A DNA stretch of 61,982 nucleotides, counting the filler, from Sphacelaria rigidula (Eukaryota), in NCBI GenBank assembly GCA_964200075.2. It is 9 parts of 9 records of this genome, joined end to end, with 100 filler letters (N's around TTAATTAATTAA, not from the genome) between each part and the next. Parts side by side here need not be neighbours in the genome. Positions count along the whole stretch, not along the records: positions 6,900 to 13,698 come from CAXNAA020018031.1; positions 13,799 to 20,597 come from CAXNAA020018032.1; positions 20,698 to 27,495 come from CAXNAA020018033.1; 6 more parts are not named here. One strand, given 5' to 3'. The translations under genes and the position numbers were made by a program. Position 1 is the stretch's first letter. Each line of letters begins with the position of its first letter. Positions 11,473-23,805 of the stretch are shown here, piece after piece. The notes under the pieces are model-generated. The model worked only from the letters and a program-made list of their open reading frames with translations. It did no database searches and had not been told where the DNA came from.

Positions 11473-13698
11473 CGATATGTTACGCATCCAATAGTCATCC
11501 TCGAAACAATAAATCCAGGATCCGCCGTATATCTACATGATGGATACTGTAGGTGGACTACTCTACAGGGGGCAGGTCTGTGCCGGACCGGTTCCAGCCG
11601 GTCGCGGAAGATCCGGAAGAATTACCTCCGGTTTTCTTGCGAGGCGGGCCGCGGGTTTTGCGAGCCGGGTGGTTCGGTCCGGAGCCGCCCGAAGAATCTT
11701 CCTCCACCACCATGGGTAATCGCCGATAGTCGTTTGAAGGACCAGTTGGCCCCAAGGTGAGTGCCGATACGCCCTCATCGGGGAAGAAGTCGCCCTGATC
11801 CACCTTAACACTAATAACATAAAGCATGCGTCGCGAAATTAAGGTCCAAGCCTCGCGGGAGCAGTGGAGTGGGTTGCTTCTGCGGAAAGGACCTGTATGA
11901 TCGGCCGCAGAGCGAGAAAGCCACACTCGTACGTGAGGCGCCAATTGCAGGCCTGGCGTCAGGCGGGCATCGGCCGCCGAGCTAGGTGCACGAGGCGGGC
12001 GTGTCGGGGCCGTCGTGGGGACGGCAGCGGCCGCGGCGTACGACTTGTTGTCTGTCTTCCGTGGGATGACGTAGGTGGACGTACTGGTCGTTGGCTGGCG
12101 ATGGGCGCGACCACCGGGTGTGTTGCCGATGGACGGCGGAGAGGTCGGATGGTTGGAGAGACGGGCCACCGACGTGGCCGCGTCTTGGGCAGTTCGGCGG
12201 ACATGCTCCTCGGGTTCCTTGACGCGCTGCTGGGCCGCCAACGCAGCAGTGCGGCCTTCCTGCAACGCGCGTTGCGCCGCGGAGTTGGTAGTTTGCGCCC
12301 GAGTAGCCTGGCGCTGAAGGTGTAGAACGAAATTTGGCTCGAGATCTGTCAAGCGTTGTTGAAGAGAGCGAATAAGCGTAGCGTCGGAGCGGGACGGTGG
12401 ATCGCGGTCATTACGGAGTCGTCGGTTTTGCGATGAAGTACGGCCGGACCCCTCAGTTGAGGATTCCAGAGCCGGTGACATGTCCGAGAATATATTTTGG
12501 ATATCGTCAGCATGTACGGTGTTGTCATTGCGTAAATGACGGCGGCGTGACAGAGGTGGAGCAGGAGGGGTGCGCGCGGTTGCGTGATCGGTGTTCTTCG
12601 AGCGCGAGTGAACGCGCGATGAACTTGATCTGTGCCGCGAATCATCCTCGTGAGTACGGCCACGGTTGGCATTCACCGGGTGCTTCAGAGCGCGCGATGA
12701 ATTGGAACTGTGGCGTGAACTACCGTCATATGTGCGACCATGAGCGGTATTCTTCGGGCGTGTAAAAATGCGCGATGAATTCAAGCTTTGCTGGGAGTTG
12801 TCCTTTGAACTGCCAGCACGGGTGACGTGGTCGTGACCAACTGTCGGTGTGCGGCGCCGATCAGAAGCGCGAGCAAGACTCCAGTTTGACGTCGAGGAGG
12901 GGCTGGACTCATGTTCTGTGAGTTTTGCATGAGTGACGAACGAAGGACACGATGTCGCCGATCGGGGCGCCAAACGTACGGGTTTGGGCGTGACAGATGC
13001 AGAATTATCGTTGAATTGCACGTGAGCAGACGCCGATTGGTCTTGTAGCGCGGCCTGGCAAAAAGCCGTGAATGCCTCTGACGACAGCTGAAGCTGGCGA
13101 GTGCGCAGACGCCGATGAAGTGCGATGCATAGTCTGCAGGCCAGCATGCATGGTCGCGACTGCGGGTACGACATTGGACTGCGCAGTAGGGCGCACGGGA
13201 CTATCGAGAGTCGTACGATGGGGGTCCGAAACGGAAGCAGCCCGTGTGACAAAGTCTTTTGCTCCAGAAGCGATACGCTTCGTCGGGACTGAATCTCAAG
13301 AGTTGTCATCCGTCATGCGCCGGGGCGCCACGGTTGAAGCAACCGTTACAGGGTCAAGCTGGACACGTGTGTCTAGGGGCAACGACTCAGCTGGGGGTAC
13401 AATACTGACTTCGGATTCCACATTGGGATTCGGAAGAACAGGCCGCAGCGAGGGGGGTGCTAGGGAATCCACCGTTATGGGTGCACTGACATGTCCGTCA
13501 GGAGCCAATGACTCAGCCGGTGGCACAAGCCTGTTCTCTGAGTCCGAGTCGGAACGTGAGAGAACGGGTCGCGGCATCATAGTCTTGTCTTCAAGCGTCG
13601 AAGAACGAGCATCGCTCGAAGGTTGGTCTTGTGACGCTAGCAGGTTTGCTAGTACTGCAGCGTCTAAATGCTGTTGAGGGACTCCCCAGCTCTTCTGG
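11473..13698 (-). pseudogene. Long degenerate low-complexity ORF, possibly a retroelement gag/ORF1, abutting the Gypsy LTR
   Basis: Open from the contig edge, an in-frame stop at 13296, 583-aa ORF with a coiled-coil-like segment and KSYAAAAA, internal peptide repeats. Confidence 0.4.
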
Positions 13699-13798
13699 NN
13701 NNNNNNNNNNNNNNNNNNNNNNNNNNNNNNNNNNNNNNNNNNTTAATTAATTAANNNNNNNNNNNNNNNNNNNNNNNNNNNNNNNNNNNNNNNNNNNN
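13699..13798. other. Artificial contig linker
   Basis: N44-TTAATTAATTAA-N44. Confidence 0.98.
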
Positions 13799-14419
13799 GC
13801 ATAGAGTAAAAACAAAGAAAGCATTCCCCCCCCCCCCCCCCCCCTATCGTAGGATGACTCATTTCGGCTCTAGCGCGATAAATACGTGAAAATTTGAATG
13901 CAAAAAATGTCTTCCCATTTGTTCAAGAGAACGTTCGGGATTGCTTCAACCGAGAAAAAATATCCGAGGGTCAGAACCCGGGGCTGGGTAGTCGCAGGAC
14001 CACCGAAAACTGGTCAGCTCGCAAGGCGTCCAATATTGAGTGAAGAGATTACTTTACTTCGGAATGTGGTGCGAATGCCTAGCTTCTCCTGATCTTCAAA
14101 CGTTGGGGTCAAACGTTCACTGGAATGAGCAGCGCCACGCGAAACCATTATTGAAAATGACCGACTACGAAAAAGTTACGAAAACCCCCTCTTTTGGCTG
14201 AAAACTATTGTACCGTAAATACATTCGAATACAACGGTATGAGACAGTCAGTGTACCATCCCTCGAAAGTTAACACAGTCTAGTTTTAGGGCAGGATTGG
14301 CGCACCTCGACGGCATGTTGATCTTGCACACATCTTTCATCGCGTCTCGACTATACTTTTCTCTATTGTCTGTACTGCTGAAGCAGCAGTGCTGCTGCTA
14401 CTCTACTCTACAATTCAAT

Positions 14420-15180
14420 GCAACCGTGCATGATGCCTCTTCAGATTCCAAGTGAAAATGATGCCCATCCCATGAATGACAAGTAGTCGAGACAGATGAC
14501 ATCTCCGCGTGTCGAAGGGTCCGTTGAGACGTGGATAGACGAAACACATTGAAAGGAACGTATCGCAACGCCATAGAACCATGCAGAACACAGTATGAAA
14601 AGCCAACGTGCTTCAAGTCCAACCAGAAACAGAACGCACCCTTATGTTCAGCAAAATCCGAGCGAAATATCTACTGATGAACATCCGCGAGGAACGTACT
14701 CTAAAATGAAGCAAAGACAACATGCAGGAATATGAACGCTTGACAACGAAATGACCCCAGTCTACGGAGGAGAAGTTTGATCGAAAACACGCATGGCTAC
14801 AATGAACGGACACGATGTCTATTCAATTTCCACGCAAAGACGATGCCCACTCTCCACAAGTCAAGAAGAGTCGAGACAGACTACATCTCTGACCTCCGAA
14901 TATTGAAGAGTCCGTTGAGACGTATACAAATGACATACATTGAACGCAACGCATCGCGACGCCATAGCGCTATGCAGAACACAGCGCGAGAAGCAAATTT
15001 ACTCCAAACCCAAGTGGAGACAGGATGTGCCGTACTGTCCAGCGAACTGCGAGCGAAGTGTCTACTGAGAGGTGTCCGCCAGAAACACGTACTTCAAGAT
15101 CAAGTACAGGCGAGATGTTGGCTTCTCCGACGCCTAGAGCGAGATCAAACCTGTCCGCAATGGAAGACATTAAAGACAAA
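14420..15180. repeat. Diverged tandem duplication, unit about 382 bp
   Basis: gatgccca..gtcgagacaga..gtccgttgagacgt..acattgaa..atgcagaacacag..gagcgaa..tctactga occur colinearly from about 14460 and about 14842. Confidence 0.75.
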
Positions 15181-15384
15181 TTTTGAGTGTTGTAATTGCT
15201 ATGTACATACACTACCAAACGCATGTTTTTCCAAAATCGATCGTGTACGTACTTGGTCTGAATGAACCTGATCTAAGATCGATCTCTCTTGGCCGCCGGC
15301 CTTGTGCTAGTCGCCCTCTCTAATATCCTCACCCAACAACCGCCGATTATCCGCTACAAGTTTTCCCCTAACACTTACGAATGT

Positions 15385-15636
15385 TTCGATTCCGCGACAA
15401 GAGTTCGGGGTCTCAAAAGATCAACACACCCGCTCCCCGGGTTTTGCCTGGTATCCTATTGTCGAGCACGGACTCTTCTCTGTCGCGGCCCCTCAACTTC
15501 TGCCAAAAATTCTATATTTGCCTCTTCACGACCTCACACTTCCCGGAAATGAATGAAAATAGCATCACCGGCGGCCTCCGAACCCACCAAGTACGCCCAC
15601 ACTAGTGCACGCCTAGGCTGGCCGTTAGTACACCAC
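15385..15636 (-). mobile_element. SINE-like repeat sharing the 3' module of the tRNA-SINE family
   Basis: Minus strand GTGGTGTACTAACGG...GGTTCG head and ggggagcg..gttgatc..ttgagacc.cg.actc tail. Confidence 0.5.
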
Positions 15637-15777
15637 TCATGATCGGAGGGCAGTGGTATTGCTAACACTCACGGAATCATTGTAAAAACGAAAAGGATAC
15701 GTATTAGTAATCGCCTGACCCATCTGGGCGTTCAATGTCAACGCTCAAAAACGAAACGCAATCGTTCTTTGTCCTGG

Positions 15778-16846
15778 CTAGAGCTGGTTCTCGTCAGGCT
15801 GGCGTGGACAACAACCCAACATTGCATCCGTCACATCCAGCCAGTCCGCAGCAGTGATGCCTCTAACATCAGCCTCAACGCCATCCGCACGCCGTCCGTC
15901 GACCCTCGCGCTATCTCGAGGTGGTACCGAAGTGAACGTGTCGGATGTTCTTTCAAACAAATCAGCGCTGGATTTGTTCGAAAGTTCACTCTTGCTGCAT
16001 CCAGTGCTAGGGCTGTCGACCCTCGCGCTATCTCGAGGTGGTACCGAAGTTAAAGGGTCGGATGTTCTTTCAAACAAATCAGCGCTGGATTCGTTCGAAA
16101 TTCCACTCTTGCTGCATCCAGCGCTAGGGCAAGTCACGTCATTCGATTCCGACCTGAACTTTGTGCCCAACTCCGTAGAAAGAGTCGCCGAGGAATTCAG
16201 CGAGCTCGCGGTGACGCTAGTGCTTTGCTTAGTAGCGACTGAATCCAGTCTAATCACGCCATAGTCCCCACTAGCCAATGGGCTGGGCGTGGTAAACTGT
16301 CGCTCTGGTACGCTACCGAATAGATATGCCGCTGGCTGTTCGATCCCGAAGCCCACCGTCCCATCAGGCTCATCCATCACGATTTCCGGCTCTTGTTCCG
16401 GCCCATGATCCATACCCTGAGTGACACTCTCATCCCAAGTGCCTTGGACCACCGCACCAGTTCCAGCTTCCGAAACACTTGGTGTGCATTGCGATTTCCC
16501 ACAAGTTTTGCCCAACTCGTCATGAGTTGACAACGTTGCCGCGACAGATCGACGATGCTGTACTCCTTTGCTCAGTTGAACAGTACCCATCGCACTGTCG
16601 TCTGCGGTATCGCTAGATGGAACGCGTGCCATCTCATCTACGTGCACCGCAGTATCATCGTGGTCGTGCGACACCTGGCCTTTCTTGTCACCGTCGCGGA
16701 CAGAGGTCAACGCACTGTGCTCCCGTGCGCCATCACAGCGACCGCCGCAAGATGATATGACGACCTCGTCGTGGCTACAAGGGGCGTGAAGAAGGAGAGA
16801 CGGGCCGCCACCAGTTTTGTCGCCGGCCACTACTCGTTCCCAAGAC
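15778..16846 (-). CDS. Probable terminal exon of an unknown S/T/D/E-rich protein
   Basis: Acceptor tgttgcag directly upstream, 356 codons open to TAG, contains a 39-aa tandem duplication. Confidence 0.5.
15898..16130 (-). repeat. Two 117-bp in-frame tandem repeats
   Basis: gtcgaccctcgcgctatctcgaggtggtaccgaagt at 15898 and 16015 (peptide SSADLFERTSD..TSVPPRDSARVD twice). Confidence 0.9.
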
Positions 16847-18559
16847 CTGCAACAGTAATTGGTGATATAGAGCGTGATGGGGGGGGTGCTGTAAAAGTGA
16901 CGCGTTCGGAAGGGGTGATGAAGAGATACCGTGGTCGTGAGATTCTCGTCACATGAAGCGCCATAGGCATGACGGTATGCTCTTGCTTCACAAAGCACAC
17001 CGTGTCAGACATTGAGCATCATAATTCCAACTACTTTGTAGGCTAACTTAGTAGGCTATTCGAAGAGGGTCTTCGGAGGAGCAAAGGGGTAGTTCGTTGA
17101 CAATACCTATTACAGCCTGCGCAGATGGACACATGAAAAACTGCAGCCTCGCTCATAGTGAAACGCCGTATCACGCGGGTTGAAAGGGTGCCATGGAGAG
17201 TAAATGGGTGATATGGAAGTGCACGAAAAGTACGATATTCACATGCGGACATCTCTCTTCCTATTTGAATGTGACAGAGCAAAGTGCGACAAAACGAAAT
17301 GAAGAAATCGACGGCAAAGGCCAAATCGTGCAAACGGCCCACACACGGTGGCCAGAGCGGTACCTTGGAAAGGTCATTGGCAACCTGGTTCTTGGATTTT
17401 GAGGTTGTCAACATCCGCTCAACCTGCCCCGAGCTGCCCCACAAGGTGGAAAAACAGCATGGCGCGCGAGACATTCGACAATGGGTCAGAGACGTAACTT
17501 GCGGGATGTTTGCGACCTCATATTGCAACTACGATTTGTCGACGTCTGCCCAATCTGCGCTGATCTGCCCCGCATGGTGGGTAACCGCACCGCGCCATAG
17601 AGATGGCACAGCTGACCAGACTCGTCTCGTTTTCAGCGCAACTCCCTCTGTAACAGTTCGTTGATCTCATACAACCGGCGATTGACATACTTTGCCAACA
17701 TCACACACCATATGAACTCGTAATTCTTGCATCAACGTAGAGCAACCCTACAGTACGTCATTCGGACCTTGTGTAAGGTGTGTACCGCCTGTGTAATATA
17801 CGCTGAACGTCACATTTACCCACCGCGGGCTTGCGTACGAATGAGTGATAACAGCGCTGTCGAACTTGGAGGGGAGAAGAGCAATGGCGGACCACTATAC
17901 TGTACTGTTCTGCACTATACTGTACGCAGTCATCTACATCCTGCACAGACAACTGTACGGTGTTCCAACTATTGGATCACGACAACACAAGGTACACTTC
18001 TACCGCGGAACTTTCAGCCGAAAACAATGCACCCAATCAAGGCCCGACGTTCAAGAGTTCCACAGTTTCTGAGGATAACACAAAGCCCGACGATGCGTTG
18101 TACAACGGCCAATCTATCAGTAAAAGTCATTCGACAATTGAAAATTCAGAAATCATTACTAGATGTACATTGTGGGCAGGTGTATGTGCCGAGATACGTG
18201 AGGGGTTGATTCTCCGGTCAACGAATATCCTGGAAATTCAGCCAAAAGTGGTGGGACTGTCGGGCCAGTTTCTTGGGGGAAATGAAGATGAGGAACTTCC
18301 GTTCGTTGCACTTGCTACCCCTAGTCGGAATTCAGAGCGGAAACCAACGTAGATGCTGGCGCGGTCGCCACTCGCTCTTTAGGCACCAGACCAGAACTTA
18401 TGCGGAGAGACGTCGAGGACGCCATGCGAAGAAAGGCATCACCTTGGGAGACCGGTAGTCAGCAACAGGTGTAGGAAATCAAGACGCCATCCGTACCAGA
18501 GGGAGGGACAAAAGTAGGCAAATCAAGGTCGGTTAACGACCAGACAAGGGCAACCTTGA

Positions 18560-19905
18560 TAGAAACAGCGCGGCTTGTCCTTCTACACAGTCGTGACGTG
18601 AGACTGAGGCCGATTCGAGATATGTTGCTCGAGAGGGCGCGACAACAGGTAGCGGTGCCGGAAGCAGAGATGCGAGTGTTCGACGAGGACGATCTGCCAC
18701 GGTTTACACCCCGCGGCAGATCCACCGAGACAGCCATCTCTCTCAGCCTAGTTGTCGATCTTTTGACCCTAGTCTACACCACTCACGGTCACTTAGAAGC
18801 CATGAGAGCAACCGCCATGTTGAGGAAGCGTCACGCTTGCCCCACTCCCGCTGTGAATGCACGCGTCCATGTCCTGCCTTGTAGATGCCTGCAGTCTAAG
18901 CGGACCGCGAGTCGGAAGGAGTTTATCGACCAACACGGTTTCTGCTGCTGTGGGAGGTGGGAGAGATGGATATATCGGACGTGAAGCAAGTATACACTGC
19001 TGGTAGTAGGTATCTGCTAGCAGTGGCCGATGGGGCAATGGAGTTCAATTTTGCATTCCTCGGCGTCCCATAAGATACGAGCCCGTAGCCAGATGCTGAC
19101 TGCATGACCCTTTTCAGGTTTGGGGTATCCCAATTTCGGCGTCGCGACGCGGATGGTGAGTTCACGGCGGGCGAGGGATCCACTGCGGGGGTGGTTCACC
19201 GTGTGCGTTGGTGGACTACGGTGAAGTCAGATCGGTCCCGCTGATCACTCCCGTAGCCAGAGATTTGCGATCCGGTATAGTTGGTGGCTGCACGATATAT
19301 TGGTAGAGCTGTGCCATAAATGGTCCCGGCGGTGGTACGATTATGTGGATCCCGCGCTACACAGGACCACGCGCGACAGGGCTCTATCCAGAAACCCGAA
19401 TCTATTCAAGATGCTCTCTTCGGGTGCTACCCGTGCACATAATCGGACGACGTACCACCTGAGGCCGAGGCGCTACCCGTTGAGAGCGCGGCGGAACAGC
19501 AGAGGCAAAACGTCACGGGGATACAGGAATTGCTAGCTCACGGACAAGGCCGGCAGAATGCCGCACAAGCAGCCGAGAGTGCTGAGATGATGAGACAATC
19601 CACAGGAGTGCACGCGCGTGTGGAAGAGTGCACGCTGGTGAAGGAAGCCGGAGAGTCGACCATAGGGAAGACCGTGACTGAAACACTGGCGTACAAGTTG
19701 TAGGTTGGACCCCGGCGGGTTACAACAAGTGCTACTACGGGTCTCAGCTTCCGTATCACCATCAAACGTAACGTGCGCGTATGGACGGCATCGACCGCCA
19801 TCAATGTGTGACCGGAGCAGCTTCGACACACGTTTCTAGATAAATACTTGCAGGTACACACCATTGGCACGGTGGCGCGGCGTCCATATCTCGGTCCACT
19901 TCTAG
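18560..19905 (+). pseudogene. Decayed Gypsy integrase
   Basis: LVVDLLTLVYTTHGH...C.C..KR zinc finger, WEVGEMD, RYLLAVAD, FGV..RRDADGEFTA, DHSRSQ..WWLHDILVELCHKW..RW; many stops and frameshifts. Confidence 0.8.
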
Positions 19906-19956
19906 CACTGGCAGGCTTTCAGTCAACAGGACTGGGAGGGGAAGGCTGTTCTAACG

Positions 19957-20490
19957 ATTGACCTCGCATCCCTATGAAGCCAGGAAGGAGAACGCCGGGA
20001 TTGCGCCGGGCTAGGCTCGCAATCAATCACCAAGCGCGAAGCCCCAAAATGTGTTTGGCGAGTCGCATGAGGGGTGAGCTGCATCCTTCCAAGCTTGTTC
20101 GGCGCGAAGCGTACTGATTCTCTTGTATATAGCCGCCGCGCCCAGGTGGTGCAAAAGGTTCGACTCTCGATGCGTTGGGTTTTTTCTTCGTAGCATCTGA
20201 TTTCCACCGTGGAAAGCGTAAGAACGTGAGTAAACAAAGCAGTCGACTGAGTTTCTTTGACGTGAGTTGACGAGGGGAGGGAGTGCTGATAGTCATGACC
20301 CAATCCGCGAGACCGAAATGCAAGGCGTGTGCCGGGGAGAGATGGGTTGATCCCTTGAGACCACGGACTCGTCCCGAAGAAGGAGAGAGCTTCAAACTGC
20401 GACATATCAAAATAAACCAAACCAATATATAGATGTCAGCCTACAATGACTTGCTTCATTTTCTGGCATCACCACTTCCAGAGACAGCCA
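19957..20490 (+). repeat. Dispersed repeat family copy interrupted by a SINE
   Basis: Colinear with 52230-52470 once 20133-20432 is removed. Confidence 0.8.
20133..20425 (+). mobile_element. tRNA-derived SINE with a 7-bp TSD
   Basis: TSD TATATAG at 20126-20132 and 20426-20432; body matches 59542-59835; A/C-rich tail. Confidence 0.88.
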
Positions 20491-20597
20491 CAGGTGTGTG
20501 CGTGTGGGGGGGGGGGGGGGGGGGGCAACGAGAAAATGTAGAAGAGGAAGAGGGGGGGGGGGGGAGGAGGTGTATAGTGCGGGGGAGGCGGGAAGAA

Positions 20598-20697
20598 NNN
20601 NNNNNNNNNNNNNNNNNNNNNNNNNNNNNNNNNNNNNNNNNTTAATTAATTAANNNNNNNNNNNNNNNNNNNNNNNNNNNNNNNNNNNNNNNNNNNN
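20598..20697. other. Artificial contig linker
   Basis: N44-TTAATTAATTAA-N44. Confidence 0.98.
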
Positions 20698-20785
20698 CCC
20701 CACCCCACGCCCCTCCGATCGGGGTGCTGGGGCAAGGCCCACCCCACAAAGGCAAACAACAAATGAGTCCCCCCCCCCCCCCCCC

Positions 20786-21688
20786 GGCAGCTGAGAGAAT
20801 ACTTGAGTGCTCGAAAACGACGAGTAATACAGCATTGAGAGCAGAGGTCGGAATGTACCCACTTAAAACATACATGAAAAAATTGAGATGGCAATGTAGC
20901 GTGAGGAATATGCAGGGAAAGAGATTGCCAGCTTGAGTTGATGGGGCTGTATGGAAGGCAATTACGAAAGGGCAGGCTGAAATAAGGTGGGATAAAGAAG
21001 TTGAGAAAGTAGGGAAGGAGACAGGAGGAAACCAAGACGTAATACCATCCAAAGGTGAAGGCGCGGGGTACGAGGCAAAAGGAAGAGACATGACGGAAAT
21101 AAGGGGAAAAGAAGCGCTTAGACGTAAAGTAGACGAGAAAGAACACCTGAAGAAATACGGGGTGTTGAGAGAGGGGATAGGAATGAAAACATATCCGCAC
21201 GGTCCAATGGACGCGGCGAAAAAGTTGAAACTGCAACTCCAGGTGGGGGACCTGGATCTGCCAGAAAGAAGAAAAGATTTACCAGAAGTCGAGAGGAGGA
21301 GGAAGTAGATGCTCAGAATTGCCCCTGTGGCAAAGCAATAGAGAGTAGAACTCATGCAGTCACAGAATATGAACTATATAAGGAGGAACGGGACGTGCTA
21401 GATGGAGGAATGCGGGACGTGAACCAAGGTGGCATGAAATTCTTTGATGCATTAGACAGTGAGGAGAAACGATGACTATACCGGGGGGTAAATGGTGGCC
21501 ACAAACGGCGAAAGAGGACAGGGATAAGATATGTAAAGGGTTTTTGTGTGCAATATATGGTGAAAACGTAATCATCACCTGAATATTGGAGGTGTCTCTA
21601 TGAGTAGCAACGGTGCTCCATCTCGACAGGGATGCGTGGTCAATGGTCAAACGGCTAAGGCAAGCAACAAAGGAGTACCCCCCCCCCC
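20786..21688 (+). mobile_element. 5'-truncated non-LTR retrotransposon (LINE) ORF2 C-terminus with an oligo(C) end
   Basis: TSNTALRAEVGMYPL, GIGMKTY..GPMD, CPCG..ESRTH zinc knuckle, VVNGQ..KASNK end, then a C-run; degenerate. Confidence 0.85.
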
Positions 21689-22580
21689 AATCTCCCCGCT
21701 TTTGTATCACCGGTAGTGTGAGTAGGAGGGTAGATCTTTGTTCAAAACACGCTCGCATCCATGCGGCAAGATATCTTCCCCCGCATATTCCGTCAAGCGT
21801 TCTCATTGGGTCGGTTGTCCGTCACCCCGGGTTATCGTCCATTTACATCACCGGAGTATCGTCATACTGTACTCCCGAGATGGTCCAGGCTGGCAGGTTG
21901 CCTCACCTTTTCACGTTCTTCTCTGCACCCGAGACCTCACCTTGACACACACTGAGACATACGCAAGGGCGATAACACATCCTCATCCCAGTGGCTTACT
22001 CCCTGTGACCCAAAAAGTGTCGCTTTGTGGCGATTCCCAGCATGTTTCCCCTCCTCGTCACCAAGGCCCAGGGGAGCAGGAATATGGGAACGCCTGATGC
22101 CCACGTAAAATATGCTAGGTTGGTTCAGTTACTGCTGGTGGTTGAGTCAGATGAGATAAAGGGGGGCCAACACGCGAAGACGCTGAGGCAGACGGTGTCT
22201 TCGTCAGTGATGGTCACCACTGTTCCGTTCTAGTGACGTGGGGTGTAGTTCCTGCGCACGTTGTACCCCCTTTTTGCTTTTTCGTTCACCCTGTCTGAAC
22301 GTATGTATGTCTGGTCATTCTAATGCATGAAACCCACAGTCCACGATGGCATTCTTGTACTCTCCTTTTGTTCACTGTGCGTGAAGTTTTGTGCTTCGTT
22401 TTCTTTCAGTCCTTTCATCACCAGGGCGTGTGATGTGGGTCATCCATACATTTTTATGGTATATATATATATATATATATCTGTTGGCAATTCAAAATGT
22501 ATGTGATAAATCACCCCTAGCTGTGCAATAACTTCTTGCTTTTTCCCTCTCTCTTTTTTTTCTTTTGCCGCTTTCCCCAG

Positions 22581-23609
22581 CGTTTCTTGGCAGCCATCCA
22601 CCGAAACTGGGGTATCACCCGAGAGCAGATCGCCCGTGAGGGTGTTTACTTCTCTCACGAGACTTGCACGCATGCCACACCCACGGCCTCATGCTCGTTC
22701 AACGAGGTGACCGCTCTGAGGAGCTGCTTCGGAGAAGAGCTGTTGGCCGAGCTCACTATCATCAACACCAAGGTGGAGAGAAGCGAACCCTTTGTTTCAC
22801 TCACATATATGTGTGTTTATGTATGTAGAAATGCGGAAAACGAGAAAGGCAGTTATTACAGTTGTAGAAGAGCGGAAGAGGTGTGGTGGCGGAAAAAAGA
22901 CTTGCAAACACATACTGGTAGGTGACAAATCACGGCAAGATGCGACCGACGTAAGAAATGAGGCAAGAACAAAGTCGGACCGGACCGGACCGGACCGGAA
23001 CGAAACGAAACGAAACGAAACGAAACGAAACGAAACGAAACGAAACGAAACGAAACGAAACGAAACGAAACGAAACGAAACGAAACGAAACGAAACGAGA
23101 AAACGCGATCAGCTGGCGTATTACATGCTCTCATGGTACAGTCGCCGCAGCCATCTATTTTATGGTGACGAAGATGACACGAGAAACAGCTGATCTTTCT
23201 CGTAAAAGATGAACACCGAAATGGTAGTGCAGCAAATTAGATCAAGCCTCGGTGCCAGTCTTTGCAGAACCAAGGACACACATCGTTCCACCTCGCTTAC
23301 CCTGTTAACTGCCCCAGTTTCCTTGTGTGTTTTCCTTACTCTTCCCGGCGATGGATCTCCACCCAATCTCATGGTACCATAACTCTGCAGGGATTCACTG
23401 GACATCCGATGGGGGTGTCCTTCGAGGATGTGGCTGCGGTGGAGGTGCTGCACAGGGGTGTACTTCCGCCAACGGCACACAACCCCACCGTCGACCCTGC
23501 CCTGGTGCGTCTTGCTTTTGGGTTTTTTGTTCGTTGCTGGTGTTGCTGCTGGTGTTGCTGGTGTTGCTGGTGTTGCTGGTGTTGCTGGTGTTGCTGGTGT
23601 TGCTGCTGG

Positions 23610-23641
<32 letters not shown>

Positions 23642-23729
23642 ATGCCGTGGTAGTCGTCGTTGTTGTTGCAGCTGTCGGAGTTTTTGCTGTGATTGGTTGT
23701 TCTCGCTTCCGTCAGTTTTGCGGTCAGCG

Positions 23730-23805
<76 letters not shown>

